DNA of 64,000 nucleotides. Origin: Blastocatellia bacterium. GTDB lineage: Bacteria > Acidobacteriota > Blastocatellia > UBA7656. The stretch covers positions 339,216-403,215 of the forward strand of contig CAVXWP010000016.1 of the NCBI GenBank assembly GCA_963765495.1. The letters are read 5' to 3'. The position numbers and the translations under genes are program-made. Under the pieces are notes generated by a model that was given only the letters and a program-made list of their open reading frames with translations, was not told the DNA's origin and ran no database searches. Every line of letters begins with the position of its first letter. Position 1 is the stretch's first letter. Shown in pieces: positions 9,139 through 19,193 of the stretch.

Positions 9139-10307
9139 AAATCAAGCGGAGCCTCGCGACCTCGCGCCGTTACTGGCTCGACACCCGTGATTCGACCGCG
9201 CTCCACAATCAGCGCGTGATCGAAATTGTTTACGGTCGGGCAGATGTGGCGGGGCAAAAGGTAAAGCGATCCGCCTATCGAAGGGATTAAAGAATCCGTC
9301 GCGGCATCTATCGGCACCTCTATTGGCAAATGCTCTTCGCTGGGCTTCAAGGGCATCAGGCCGGATATTCCCAGCACCGTGCAGGTGGGCACACCGGCAT
9401 CTGCCGATACCGTCTTGTGGCCCGCATCTATCGTGATGCGATTGGCAGAAGGGCGGCTGACAACCGTGGACACCACCACGGCGGCGGGGCGATACCCCCA
9501 GACAGCAGGCAACTGAGCGAGGCTCGCGCAATCGCCATAGATAATCGTGCCGGGCGATGCGCGATGGATGAATGACGCGGTGGAAAACTTCGAATAAGAA
9601 AGCGTACAGGGGAAAGCGGGCGTTCCAGCCGTGATGACCTCGTCTACACCGATGCCTGATTGCTCTAAGGCAGAGACTATTTCCATCAATTGATCGTAGC
9701 CTTTATGTGCAGCCGCCTCACGCTCAGGCAGCGCGAGACTCGACAGGTGTCCGTCATAATAATGAAGTCCGCGAAATTCGAGACCCTGCGATTGAATCGC
9801 GTGAGCGAGCAGGATGATCTGATCTATTCGATCCTGCTCTATGCCGGTGCGATCCATGCCGGGATTGATGTCTATAAAGAGCCCGAACCGGCTCTCTTCC
9901 CACGGTTCGATCTGCCCGACATTTTCTACCAGCGCCGATACTCGCGCTTTCGGAAATCGGTCTGCGATCTGACGGGCACGCCGGGCATTTGCACTCACCA
10001 GAGGGTAGGCGATCAAGACATCACCTGCGCCCGCTTCGCACACGGTTGCAAATTCAAGCGTGGTGGAGCATTTGAAATTTCTGATGCCGCGCTCAACCAA
10101 TCTCTGCATAACGCGAATCAATTTGGCCGTCTTGATATGAGGCCGCCAGCGGTCAGCCTCGCCTTTGAGCAATTCGAGCGTGACGGAGATGTTGGCATCG
10201 ACTATTTCGGGATAGATGGCCAGGGCAGGAGTTAAGACATTTTCGACATCGGTTATGCAATACGTTTCGAGGTCCAGAGCGCCGAGCGCAAGTGCAGGAG
10301 TAGTCAT
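9129..10307 (-). CDS. D-threonine aldolase/DSD1-like PLP-dependent enzyme (alanine racemase fold)
   Basis: WRPHIKTAK PLP lysine, GMDRTG, HYYDGH, DAGHK, SEEH, PRHICPTVN. Confidence 0.9.
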   Translation of the reverse strand: MTTPALALGALDLETYCITDVENVLTPALAIYPEIVDANISVTLELLKGEADRWRPHIKTAKLIRVMQRLVERGIRNFKCSTTLEFATVCEAGAGDVLIAYPLVSANARRARQIADRFPKARVSALVENVGQIEPWEESRFGLFIDINPGMDRTGIEQDRIDQIILLAHAIQSQGLEFRGLHYYDGHLSSLALPEREAAAHKGYDQLMEIVSALEQSGIGVDEVITAGTPAFPCTLSYSKFSTASFIHRASPGTIIYGDCASLAQLPAVWGYRPAAVVVSTVVSRPSANRITIDAGHKTVSADAGVPTCTVLGISGLMPLKPSEEHLPIEVPIDAATDSLIPSIGGSLYLLPRHICPTVNNFDHALIVERGRITGVEPVTARGREAPLDFEG

Positions 10308-10363
10308 TAAATCAGCCCCTCAAAAGATGCTCAAAGCAAGCTGTAAGACAGCCCGCCCGGCTG

Positions 10364-10403
10364 TCACAAATCACAAATCACAAATCACAAATCACGAATC
10401 ACG
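10364..10403. repeat. Tandem heptamer (TCACAAA/TCACGAA), about 5.5 units
   Basis: tcacaaatcacaaatcacaaatcacaaatcacgaatcacg overlapping the xerC stop. Confidence 0.85.
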
Positions 10404-11343
10404 CCTTCGGATGAGATTTATCATAGACCTCCATCAATTTCTCAAGCGAGACCTGCGTATATATTTGCGTGGTTGACAGCCTCGCGTGTCCAAGCAGTTC
10501 CTGAATCGCGCGCAAATCAGCGCCCGCCGACAGCAGATGCGTGGCAAAGGAATGCCTGAGCGAGTGCGGGCTTATATCCTGAGCCATAGCCAGTTCCTGC
10601 ACATACTTGTCTATCATACGGCCCACGGAGCGCGTAGTGATTCGCGTGCCCTGATAATTCAGAAAGACCGCCATCGGGTCGCGTTCCTCTTCCGGGGCTT
10701 CGACCAGAAGTTCGCCGCGCACGCCGAGGTATTCCTGTAGAGTCTCTTTGGCCGTTGTGCCGAAAGGCACTATACGCTCTTTTCGCCCTTTGCCGCGCAC
10801 GCGTATCGATTCGTGTTTGAAGTCTATGTCGTCAAGGTTCATCCCGGCCAGTTCCGAAACCCTCATGCCGGAGGCGTACAAAAGCTCAAGTATTGCGCGG
10901 TCTCGTTTGCCGAGCACGGTTTCGGGATCGGGCGATTCGATGAAGCGAATAACATCTTCTACGGAAAGTACCTTGGGAAGCTTCTGTTCCAGTCGCGGGC
11001 TTGAGACCAGCCGCGCCGGGTTCATCTCTGTGACTTGTTCGCGACACAGAAACTTGAAAAAGGTCCTGAGTGTGGCGAGTTTTCTCGCAATAGAAGTCTT
11101 TTTGCGCTTCTCCTGATAAAGCTTCGCCAGATATTCGCGTATCGTGAGATGATCTATCTGCCGTACGTCTATGTAACGTCGCTCACCCGATGCTTGAACG
11201 GGGCAGAGATGCTCGTAAAACTGTTCGAGATCACTCATGTAATTGCGCAATGTGTGCTCCGACACGTTGCGCTCATACTTCAGGTGATCGCGGAAACGGT
11301 CGAGATATTCTTGCATGATGAGACTCCCGGGCCGCCTGCTCAT
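10399..11343 (-). CDS. xerC: Tyrosine recombinase XerC
   Basis: [53 protein letters not shown]; start may be at 11316. Confidence 0.9.
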   Translation of the reverse strand: MSRRPGSLIMQEYLDRFRDHLKYERNVSEHTLRNYMSDLEQFYEHLCPVQASGERRYIDVRQIDHLTIREYLAKLYQEKRKKTSIARKLATLRTFFKFLCREQVTEMNPARLVSSPRLEQKLPKVLSVEDVIRFIESPDPETVLGKRDRAILELLYASGMRVSELAGMNLDDIDFKHESIRVRGKGRKERIVPFGTTAKETLQEYLGVRGELLVEAPEEERDPMAVFLNYQGTRITTRSVGRMIDKYVQELAMAQDISPHSLRHSFATHLLSAGADLRAIQELLGHARLSTTQIYTQVSLEKLMEVYDKSHPKA

Positions 11344-11410
11344 AAAAACGGGGATAGTTCAATTCTATAGCCCCACGCGCTCGCGTCAAGCGAGAATCTG
11401 ATTTACCCCT

Positions 11411-11442
11411 CTGAGATCTCAATCTCAAATCTCAAATCTCAG
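11411..11442. repeat. Tandem heptamer (ATCTCAA)
   Basis: ctgagatctcaatctcaaatctcaaatctcag. Confidence 0.7.
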
Positions 11443-11445
11443 ACA

Positions 11446-11958
11446 TCATTGGGGCCAGATGCCCGCCGCTCGCCATTGCTCGTCTACCTTCGATTCGGCG
11501 GCCATTCGTCTGACTTCTTCCGACGGCAAACGGCGACCAAACCGCTCAGAGCGGTCTGCGATTTGATAAGCAGTGGTCGCAAGCACCTCTGTAGCCGTGG
11601 CGAAATCACGCGGGTCCGCTTTATCAACCGTATCGGCTATCGTGTGATGTACCGGGAAGTATGAGCTTTCGTCTTGAAGCAGAACCAGATTGGGCACGCC
11701 TTCGGCCATAAACGCCGCGTTATCCGTAGCCGCAAAGGCCGAATGCTCAATCACCGACAGATCGAATTGCGTGAGAGGTTTCATCAACTGGTTTATCTCT
11801 TCATCAAGGTCCGTACGCCCCATCGAAAACCATCCTTGCGGGCGGCCCGCGCCTATGTCCATTATCAGCGCCGCAAGAGTGTGATCCATCTCGTTTCGAT
11901 GACGCGCAACATAGGCCGTCGAGCCCAGCATACCTTCTTCTTCTCGCGTGAAGAGCAC
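11446..11958 (-). pseudogene. C-terminal fragment of an M28-family aminopeptidase
   Basis: FVLFTREEEGMLGS, IMDIG, TDNAAF, HHTIADTVDK motifs present; upstream HxD and DD/DN zinc-ligand motifs absent. Confidence 0.65.
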
Positions 11959-11972
11959 AAATGTCTTTGCGG

Positions 11973-13211
11973 CTAACTCGTATAGATTCGCGGCACGCGG
12001 TCGCTGATTGCACAGGTCACTTCATAAGAGATGGTTCCAATCTGCGCGGCGATATCTTCGACCGTGATCCGGTTTCGGCCGCGGCCGCCGATGATGATGA
12101 CTTCATCGCCGGTCGCGGCATCCTGCACATCGGTAACATCAATTATCGTGAGGTCCATGCTGACCCGGCCCACAATGGGTGCGAATTGATCTCGCACGAT
12201 GACTCGACCGGCGTTTGAAAGCGCGCGGCTCAGCCCGTCGGCATAGCCGATGGGGATTGTCGCTATGCGGCTTTCGCGCTCGGTTACAAAGGTGCAACCG
12301 TAACCGAGCGGAGTGCCCGTCGGCACGGTCTTTAAAAGCACTATGCGCGAGTGAAGCGACAGCACCCGACGCCAGTCCAGCGGCTCGATAGTCGGGTTGG
12401 TCGCGTCTCGCCACAATCCGTAAGTCACCCCTCCGAGTCTTACCATGTTACCGCGAGAGAGCGGATAGGCATGAGTTGCCGCGCTGTTCGCCTGATGAAT
12501 CCACGCAGGCGTGTGCCCGCACGACCGCACCATCTCGACCGCTTCTTCAAATAGAGTCATCTGATGGCTTGTGAACTCGATTTTTGACGGCTCGTCGGCA
12601 GCAGAAAAATGTGTCATCACTCCGTCAAGCCTGAGATTTTTGAAGCCTGCTGCGCGATCAAGAAAGTCTCTTAGCTCGCGGAAAGGCACCCCAAGCCGCC
12701 CCATCCCCGTATCAATATTGAGGTGATAATCTGCGATGCAACCGGCGCGGCGCGCAGCAAGGTCGAAGCGTTCAAGCGGGTCGATGCCGAAAATTGCAGG
12801 CGTGAGATTAAGGGCGACGAGCAAATCTTCCTGACCTTCCCAGAAATTTCCAAGACATAGTATGGAGATCTGAATCCCGGCCTCTCTGAGCGACGAGCCC
12901 TCTTCGGGCAATGCCACGCCAAACCACCGCGCGCCTTCGCGCTCAAGCGCAAGCGCGCACTCGCGTGCGCCGTGACCGTAGGCATCGGCCTTCACAGCGG
13001 GCATGATGGCAACATCAGGGCCTACGGCCTCTCGCATCACGCGGAAGTTGTGAATGAGATTATCGAGATTGATTTCAGCCCACGTGGGACGACGACCGGA
13101 AAGGGATGAGGGATGAGGGATGAGGGATGAAAAAGAGGCTGGCGCGACAGCTTGATGAAAAGCGTCTCGCTGGTTATCGAATATTTTCTCAGAGTCCTTT
13201 TCATCCCTCAT
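11973..13211 (-). CDS. alr: Alanine racemase
   Basis: RPTWAEINL, AVKADAYGHG, DTGMGRLG, IGYADG, GRVSMD, TISYEV. Confidence 0.96.
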   Translation of the reverse strand: MRDEKDSEKIFDNQRDAFHQAVAPASFSSLIPHPSSLSGRRPTWAEINLDNLIHNFRVMREAVGPDVAIMPAVKADAYGHGARECALALEREGARWFGVALPEEGSSLREAGIQISILCLGNFWEGQEDLLVALNLTPAIFGIDPLERFDLAARRAGCIADYHLNIDTGMGRLGVPFRELRDFLDRAAGFKNLRLDGVMTHFSAADEPSKIEFTSHQMTLFEEAVEMVRSCGHTPAWIHQANSAATHAYPLSRGNMVRLGGVTYGLWRDATNPTIEPLDWRRVLSLHSRIVLLKTVPTGTPLGYGCTFVTERESRIATIPIGYADGLSRALSNAGRVIVRDQFAPIVGRVSMDLTIIDVTDVQDAATGDEVIIIGGRGRNRITVEDIAAQIGTISYEVTCAISDRVPRIYTS

Positions 13212-13230
13212 CCCTCATCCCTCATCCCTT
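13101..13230. repeat. Palindromic heptamer-armed element, family B (33-bp perfect inverted arms)
   Basis: aagggatgagggatgagggatgagggatgaaaa ... ttttcatccctcatccctcatccctcatccctt. Confidence 0.92.
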
Positions 13231-13233
13231 AAT

Positions 13234-15868
13234 TCATTCTCGCCACATGTTCTCGAATCTGGTGAACTCTTTGAGGAAGGCCATCTGCACCGTGCCCGTA
13301 GGCCCGTTGCGCTGCTTGCCGATAATCAGTTCTGCAATTCCGCGATTCTCTTCCGTTTGATTGTAGACCTCTTCGCGATAAATAAAGCAAACCACGTCGG
13401 CATCCTGCTCTATGCTGTTATGAGCGATAATATTATTTGCAATGAAATTATGAGAACCGGGCACCGTCAGGTCGTACACCTGGGCATCCCCATCAGGTTC
13501 AATTGAAATGATTTGATCCCAGTACACGCCACTTTCTGCAAGGTTTGTTAACGGCTCGGACCCTACTACATTTGCAATGCGTGCGGCCCGCTCTCTGCTC
13601 ACATTTTGCTTGTAAATCTGAGTGCCACAATAGGCAGTTTGAATGCCAGCCATTAGTTGTCGAGATGTGATGCCCACCTCTGACATCGCCGGCTTAACGT
13701 AATACCCCCAAAATTCTTTAGGAATAATATCCCTATTGGTGTTACCGACACGGCCTTGAAGGTAGTGCAAAATGTCTGTTAATCCCTGGTTTTTATATTG
13801 GCCGACCGTGCCTATATTCTTGCAAAACTGCTCCAGATCGGGCTTGCCGGTCAAAGCAACGTGATATTGGTCTCGGCCTTTCCCCTTTTGGGGTCTGCGC
13901 CTCAGCCACGCATTAATTCCAAGTCTTAGTAATAACGTCTGAACGCCTATGGCAAGTATTTCGCTGCTCGAAGCATAGTAGACAGCCGGGCTACAATAAC
14001 CGGGCACTAACCGTATGCAACCATCTGTAGTCCACAGATGACGCAGAAATAACGATATAGATGATTGTGGTTGCTGGAAAACCTTATCAGGTATTTTCTT
14101 CTCATAAGACCTGAGTGCCCAGACTCGCAGATTTTCCAGCCAATCGGTAATTGCGCTATGAACATTGTGAGTGTGATGCCGGGTTGATGAAAGATAAACT
14201 TGATACCATGTGCGTTCTTGTTTGATGGTTGGCCGCACTTCGCTACCGAATACTTCGATTGCCAGAGATGCAACCATTTCAGCCAGGTCTCGCTCTCTGG
14301 TTGTATACTGGATTGCGTGGCGAGGAAGCGTGCACCCATCTCCAATCAAGTGGCCGAGCAAAGCAAGCTCTTCGTCAGACATGGATTGTTGATAAGGGCT
14401 TTCAATTGCTCGCGGCACGGCTAACCTGTCCCCAATATTCAGATTATCCAGTTGCTTCCATCCACCAAGGGTTCGGAATTTGTGATTAGCCGTAGCCCGT
14501 ATTGAGCGTCCAAGTCGTGTCGTCAGTCTAAAGACTGGTTTTATCCCTGTCGAGAATGCGCGGCTGACAAAGGCTTGTTCCAACTTCATATTTTCTTCGT
14601 TCAACGCCCAGACATAAAAGCTGGACTGCCCCTCCAACTCACAAATGGGCACTTGCCTGCCGGAGTCTGCCATCGTTATAAGACTCTCTCCTGCAAGGCA
14701 CCCGCTTTCGCGTAAGTCGCTCAGTTGCGGGCGGTGATCGCTACGCATTTCGGGAGCGCGCGATAACTGCGAAAGCGCAATTACCGGCACGTCCAGTTCT
14801 TTTGCAAGTCCCTTGAGGTCGCGCGAAATCTGAGATACTTCCTGCTGCCGGGATTCATTGCGGCCCCGACCCGACATCAATTGCAGATAGTCCACTATCA
14901 GCAAATCCATCCCGTGTTCGGCCTTGAGGCGGCGGCATTTGGCGCGCATCTCCAGCACGCTCACGGCCGGTGTGTCGTCTATGAAGACCTGCGTCTCGCA
15001 CAACCGGCGCAAAGCATCGGCAAGCCTGGCCCATTCTTCGCGGTTGAGGTATCCGGTGCGGAGACGATGCGCATCGACTCTCGCTTCGGAGCAAAGCAGG
15101 CGCGATACGAGTTGTTCTGCCGACATCTCAAGGCTGAAGATGCCTACGGTGTTGCCGTTCTTGGCCGCGTACTGCGCCATATTTAGCGCCAGCGCGGTTA
15201 AAATATTTGCCCTGCGACGGGCGGGCAGCGATTATGACTAGGTCCTGGCGCTGCAAGCCCGATGTCATCTGATCGAAATCGGTAAACCCGGAAGGGACCC
15301 CGGTAATCATCTCAGGCCGACCGGCCATCTGTTCGATCTGTTCAAGCCGGCGCTGGGCTACATCGCCGATATATTGAAAGCCCTGCCGCACTCGGTCTTC
15401 GGCTATCTGAAAAATCATCTGCTCGGCTTCGTCTATGATGATCTCGGGGTCGTCTTCGTCTTCAAAGCAGCGAGCGATGATCTGATTGGATGAGGTGATG
15501 AGACGGCGCAACATCGCCTTCGCTTTGACGATCTTGGCGTAGTGCTCGATAGTGTCGGTGCGCGGCACTCCGTCAATCAACGACGCGATGTAGGTTGCGC
15601 CGCCCACCTGCTCGAACTCGCTTGCGCGGCGGAGTTCATCGGTCAGGGTGATCAGGTCTATGGGCGCGCCGCGCTCGGTAAGCGCAACCATCTTCTCGAA
15701 TATACGGCGGTGCGAATCGAGAAAAAATTCATCGCGCCGCATCAACTCGATAGCCTGGTTGCAGACGGCGTTGTCGAGCAGTATAGCGCCCAGTATCGAA
15801 CGCTCTGCTTCGATATTTGAGGGAAGCCCCTTTTCAAGAAAGGGGTCGCCTGAGGCTGGTCGCGTCAT
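13234..15868 (-). CDS. dnaB: Replicative DNA helicase with an intein and a frameshifting 7-nt insertion in Walker A
   Basis: ORF 15128..15868 gives the N-domain up to AARPSQGK; removing 15199..15205 restores [12 protein letters not shown] into ORF 13234..15180 (FSLEMS, VDYLQLM, LSQLSR, LRESG, SIEQDAD). Confidence 0.93.
13417..14700 (-). mobile_element. DnaB intein with LAGLIDADG homing endonuclease (428 aa)
   Basis: LRESG|CLAGES ... NNIIAHN|SIEQDAD junctions; TANHKF block B; LLGHLIGDG and LRHLWTTDG motifs; [12 protein letters not shown] block F. Confidence 0.96.
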
Positions 15869-15974
15869 TGCCCTGACACCTGTTATTGTCGCGAATTTCT
15901 ATCGCGCCTGATCGTGGTTTATTTGCTGGCTCGTTACGCGCGATTTCCGGGATCGGACTCAAAAAAGACGACTC

Positions 15975-16013
15975 AAAAAAGATGCGGAACGCTGCGTCCT
16001 CAGCATTCCGCAC
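15975..16013 (-). terminator. Putative terminator downstream of rplI
   Basis: tgcggaa-cgctg...cagca-ttccgca stem with an A-tract on its left (U-tract on the minus strand). Confidence 0.5.
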
Positions 16014-16127
16014 CCGATGATACCAAACACCTGCGCGCCCGTCTAGCGCGTCATGAAATCAAGCCCGCAGACGAGAGAAACCCGGCCTGTCCGCGCGACG
16101 CCTGACCCTCTGCGCTCAGGTTTAAAC

Positions 16128-16769
16128 TTACGCTTCTTCTGTTTCAGTCTCAGGTTCGGCTTCCGAGGAAGCCGATTCTTCTTCTGCCGATTCTACGGCG
16201 GCAGGCTCTTCTTCTGCCGCCTCTGCCGCGCTGGATTCGGCTGCAGGAGCCGTTTCTACGGCCTCTGCCGTCTCTTCTGCGGCGGACGTCTCTTCGATTT
16301 TCGGCTCGTCAGGCGCGCCTTCTTTGCGCACCAGAACCTTTATCGTAGGGCTGACCTCGCGGTGCAGCTTTATCACGACCTCATAGTCTCCGATCTCTTT
16401 TATATGATCGGAAAGACCTATGCGACGGCGCTCCACTTCAAAGCCTCGTTCCTTGAGCGCCTCGGCAATATCGAGCACCGTGACCGAGCCGTAAAGCATG
16501 CCGTGATCGCCCACGCGGCGGTCGAATCTGAGCCTGAGCCCCTCGAGTTGATCGGCCTGGCCCCGGGCTGAATCGCGTTCGCGATCCTCCTGTTTGGCCA
16601 GCACCCGCTTCTGCTCTTCGATCATCCGCTTGTTGCCCGGGGTGGCTTCAATCGCAAGCCCCTGCGGTAAAAGATAGTTTCGGCCGTAGCCTGTTCGCAC
16701 TCGCACCACATCGCCTCTCTGGCCCAGGTGCTCTACATCTGATTTAAGCAATACATCCATGTGTGCCAT
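16128..16769 (-). CDS. rplI: 50S ribosomal protein L9 with long acidic C-terminal tail
   Basis: LGQRGDVVRVRTGYGRNYLLPQG, LYGSVT, IKEIGDY. Confidence 0.97.
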   Translation of the reverse strand: MAHMDVLLKSDVEHLGQRGDVVRVRTGYGRNYLLPQGLAIEATPGNKRMIEEQKRVLAKQEDRERDSARGQADQLEGLRLRFDRRVGDHGMLYGSVTVLDIAEALKERGFEVERRRIGLSDHIKEIGDYEVVIKLHREVSPTIKVLVRKEGAPDEPKIEETSAAEETAEAVETAPAAESSAAEAAEEEPAAVESAEEESASSEAEPETETEEA

Positions 16770-16785
16770 TGATAAATCCCCTCTT

Positions 16786-16885
16786 GATTTTAGATTTTTG
16801 ATTTTGGATTAAAAAGGCTGACCGTTCAGATCGCCTCACCATACATCATCGGTAATCTAAAATCCAAAATCAAAAATCTAAAATC
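16786..16885. repeat. Palindromic heptamer-armed element (GATTTTA/G arms, 25-bp perfect IR)
   Basis: gattttagatttttgattttggatt ... aatccaaaatcaaaaatctaaaatc between rpsR and rplI. Confidence 0.88.
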
Positions 16886-16887
16886 GT

Positions 16888-17160
16888 TTAGTCTGTCGCA
16901 AACGGCAAGAACGCTGCGTTTCGCGCGCGCTTGATCGCAGTGGCAAGCATCCTCTGATGAGGAGCGCAGGTGCCCGATATTCTCCGGGGCAGAATCTTGC
17001 CTCTTTCGGGAATATAGTTTGACAGCAATCTTGCGTCCTTGTAGTCGATGTAGTCCACCTGATCGGCGCAGAATCGGCACGATTTACGGGCACGCACATA
17101 ACGACGCCCGCCTCCACGGTTTCTGCCGCGTCCCTCATCTCTGTCTCTATCGCTGCTCAT
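16888..17160 (-). CDS. rpsR: 30S ribosomal protein S18
   Basis: [32 protein letters not shown]. Confidence 0.98.
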   Translation of the reverse strand: MSSDRDRDEGRGRNRGGGRRYVRARKSCRFCADQVDYIDYKDARLLSNYIPERGKILPRRISGTCAPHQRMLATAIKRARNAAFLPFATD

Positions 17161-17579
17161 AACTCTTCTTCCTCCTCGTCACTTTCATCCTCTTCTACAT
17201 TGGCGATCTGCTCTTGTCGGGAGCGGGGTCTGGGCGTTCCGGCAGAGGCTCGCGCAGCCCTCCGCGCTTTGAACTTGTCGGCGCGCTTGAGGTCTTCATC
17301 TATGCGGATCGTTATATAGCGGATGACCGCATCGGTCACGCGCATGCGGCGCTCTATCTCGGCAATCTCGCTGCCAGTGCCCTCGATAGTGAGTACTACG
17401 TAATAGCCTTCGGTGAATTTTTGAATCGGGTAGGCGAGGCGGCGGCGGCCTATTCGGTCAGTCTTGACGATCTGAGCGCCCTGATTGGTTGCAATATCGC
17501 TCATCTGATTGATGAGCGCTTCAAGGTCGCTCTCCTCTGTATTGGGAGCGACAATAAACAGCACTTCATAAACTCTCAT
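17157..17579 (-). CDS. rpsF: 30S ribosomal protein S6
   Basis: [23 protein letters not shown]; start placed at the ATG after SD AAGGAGG. Confidence 0.97.
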   Translation of the reverse strand: MRVYEVLFIVAPNTEESDLEALINQMSDIATNQGAQIVKTDRIGRRRLAYPIQKFTEGYYVVLTIEGTGSEIAEIERRMRVTDAVIRYITIRIDEDLKRADKFKARRAARASAGTPRPRSRQEQIANVEEDESDEEEEEL

Positions 17580-17590
17580 CTGAGAGGTTT

Positions 17591-17676
17591 CCTCCTTTTG
17601 GATTAACTTTGCTCGCCTGCCGCAGGGCAGGCGATGCTCGTGTTTAGCCCTGGCATAAGTACCAGAGCAAGGAGGG
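17591..17676 (-). ncRNA. S6:S18 ribosomal protein leader (rpsF leader)
   Basis: Minus strand reads CUCCUUGCUC...GAGCAA..CCAAAAGGAGG: anti-SD stem plus CCR motif just before the SD, matching the known S6:S18-binding motif. Confidence 0.75.
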
Positions 17677-17704
17677 TTCACTATAGAACCCCTTGGCAAA
17701 GATC

Positions 17705-17799
17705 AAGAGTGATACGTAATGCGTGATACGTGATTCACCTGACTTGCAAGTTGCTCGCTGAAAGTCCAAATCACGAATCACTCTTTACGAATCACTCTT
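17705..17799. repeat. Palindromic heptamer-armed element, family A
   Basis: aagagtgatacgtaatgcgtgatacgtga ... tcacgaatcactctttacgaatcactctt; core ACTTGCAAGTTG..CTGAAAGTC; overlaps the pth stop. Confidence 0.75.
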
Positions 17800-18382
17800 C
17801 GCTCGTCATCGTCTTTATGCGCTCGTTGAAGAGCGCCATCGCGCGTTCGGTGCCTTCGGTAAGCACGACCTCTACCGCATCGGCGGCCCGCTCAAGCATC
17901 TCGTTGAGCGTATCGCGGTCGCGCTTCGGTATTGGCGAAAGCACAAAATCCGACAGATCGCTCACGGGATGATCGGGCCCTACGCCAAGCCTTATGCGGG
18001 CAAAATCCTGAGAGCCAAGCCGGGCGATGATTGATTTCAAGCCCTTCTGCCCCCCGGCGCTCCCGCCCGGGCGCACCCTGATCATGCCTAAAGGCAACGC
18101 GACATCATCGCTTGCGACGATCAGGTTTTGCTTCTCGCCTTCGCCGTAGCGCTCAAGCAGAGGACGGACGGCATCGCCGCTCAGATTCATAAAAGTCTGC
18201 GGCTTGACGAGCATCACGCGCTCGCCTGTCAGGCTGACTTCCGCAACCAGAGCGTTCGCCTGCTCGCGAAACCGATGTCCCCCCGCGCGATTAAACAGTG
18301 TGTCAATGAGCATGAACCCGAGATTGTGGCGCGTCGCCTCGTATTCCCTTCCCGGATTCCCAAGCCCAACTATGAGTTTCAT
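17792..18382 (-). CDS. pth: Peptidyl-tRNA hydrolase
   Basis: LIVGLGNPGREYEATRHNLGF, KPQTFMNLSG, RIRLGVG. Confidence 0.97.
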   Translation of the reverse strand: MKLIVGLGNPGREYEATRHNLGFMLIDTLFNRAGGHRFREQANALVAEVSLTGERVMLVKPQTFMNLSGDAVRPLLERYGEGEKQNLIVASDDVALPLGMIRVRPGGSAGGQKGLKSIIARLGSQDFARIRLGVGPDHPVSDLSDFVLSPIPKRDRDTLNEMLERAADAVEVVLTEGTERAMALFNERIKTMTSEE

Positions 18383-18389
18383 ACATCAA

Positions 18390-18453
18390 GTGATTCGTGA
18401 CGCGTGATTCGTGATGCCTGTCTGATAGTCACGAATCACGCGTCACGAATCAC
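18390..18453. repeat. Palindromic heptamer-armed element, family A short form (25-bp perfect IR)
   Basis: gtgattcgtgacgcgtgattcgtga-tgcctgtctgatag-tcacgaatcacgcgtcacgaatcac. Confidence 0.88.
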
Positions 18454-18456
18454 GCA

Positions 18457-19116
18457 CTACTCTTCTTTAGACTTCGTGATCACTTCGGGCTCTACAGTCT
18501 CGCCCGTTTCAGGTAGTGCGGTCGTGGCAGCCTCTTCGGCCTTACGCGCCATCAGCACGCCCGCGATAATGACATCCTCATTTGTGAGCACGGTTATCTT
18601 ATCGCGATCATACTCCAGGTCGGCCACCCTGACGTGATCGCCTATGTGAAGCTTCGACACATCAACCTTTATGTGATCGGGTATATCCCCGGGCAGACAT
18701 TCCACTTCGAGTTCGCGCATCTGCACGTCGAGCAGGCCGCCTTCCAGCCTGACGCCTTCGGGATCGCCTACGATCTCGACGGGCACATTCACCTGCGTAA
18801 CGGTCGTCATCGACAGCCGCTTGAGGTCTATGTGCAACAGACGTCCCCTGACGGGATCAACCTGCCAGTCCTTTATGATCACGTTTGCAGAGTCGCCGCC
18901 TTCACCGGCTCCATCGAAGGCGAGCTTGAATATCGTGTTGTGTCCGGCCTCAGAACGCAGTATCGCACCAACCTCTTTTGCGTTGACCGCTACTGCTACC
19001 GGCTCTGTGTTCTCGCCATAGACCGAGGCGGGAATCATTCCCTGCGCGCGCAGGCGTCGCGAGTGGCCCTTGCCCAGTCCCTCGCGCAACCTTGCATTAA
19101 GTGTTAAATCGTTCAT
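18457..19116 (-). CDS. rplY: 50S ribosomal protein L25/Ctc
   Basis: GKGHSRRLRAQGMIPASVYG, QVDPVRGRLLHID, CLPGDIPDHIKVDVSKL. Confidence 0.96.
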   Translation of the reverse strand: MNDLTLNARLREGLGKGHSRRLRAQGMIPASVYGENTEPVAVAVNAKEVGAILRSEAGHNTIFKLAFDGAGEGGDSANVIIKDWQVDPVRGRLLHIDLKRLSMTTVTQVNVPVEIVGDPEGVRLEGGLLDVQMRELEVECLPGDIPDHIKVDVSKLHIGDHVRVADLEYDRDKITVLTNEDVIIAGVLMARKAEEAATTALPETGETVEPEVITKSKEE

Positions 19117-19193
19117 CCTTCACAACTCCTATATCAGGGACTGTCTGTGATCTCAAAATAGAGATTTGAAAGTTAAGACCGCGTCCCAAATCA

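Noticed and set aside
10399-11343. Tyrosine recombinase as an island integrase
   Set aside because: Sequence and housekeeping context fit chromosomal XerC; no att sites or cargo nearby
9001-13230. Heptamer repeats as a CRISPR array
   Set aside because: No 25-40 bp repeats with unique spacers and no cas genes in the window
15190-15215. Programmed ribosomal frameshift explaining the split dnaB
   Set aside because: A +1 shift would leave two extra residues between K and T of Walker A, which should be incompatible with ATP binding
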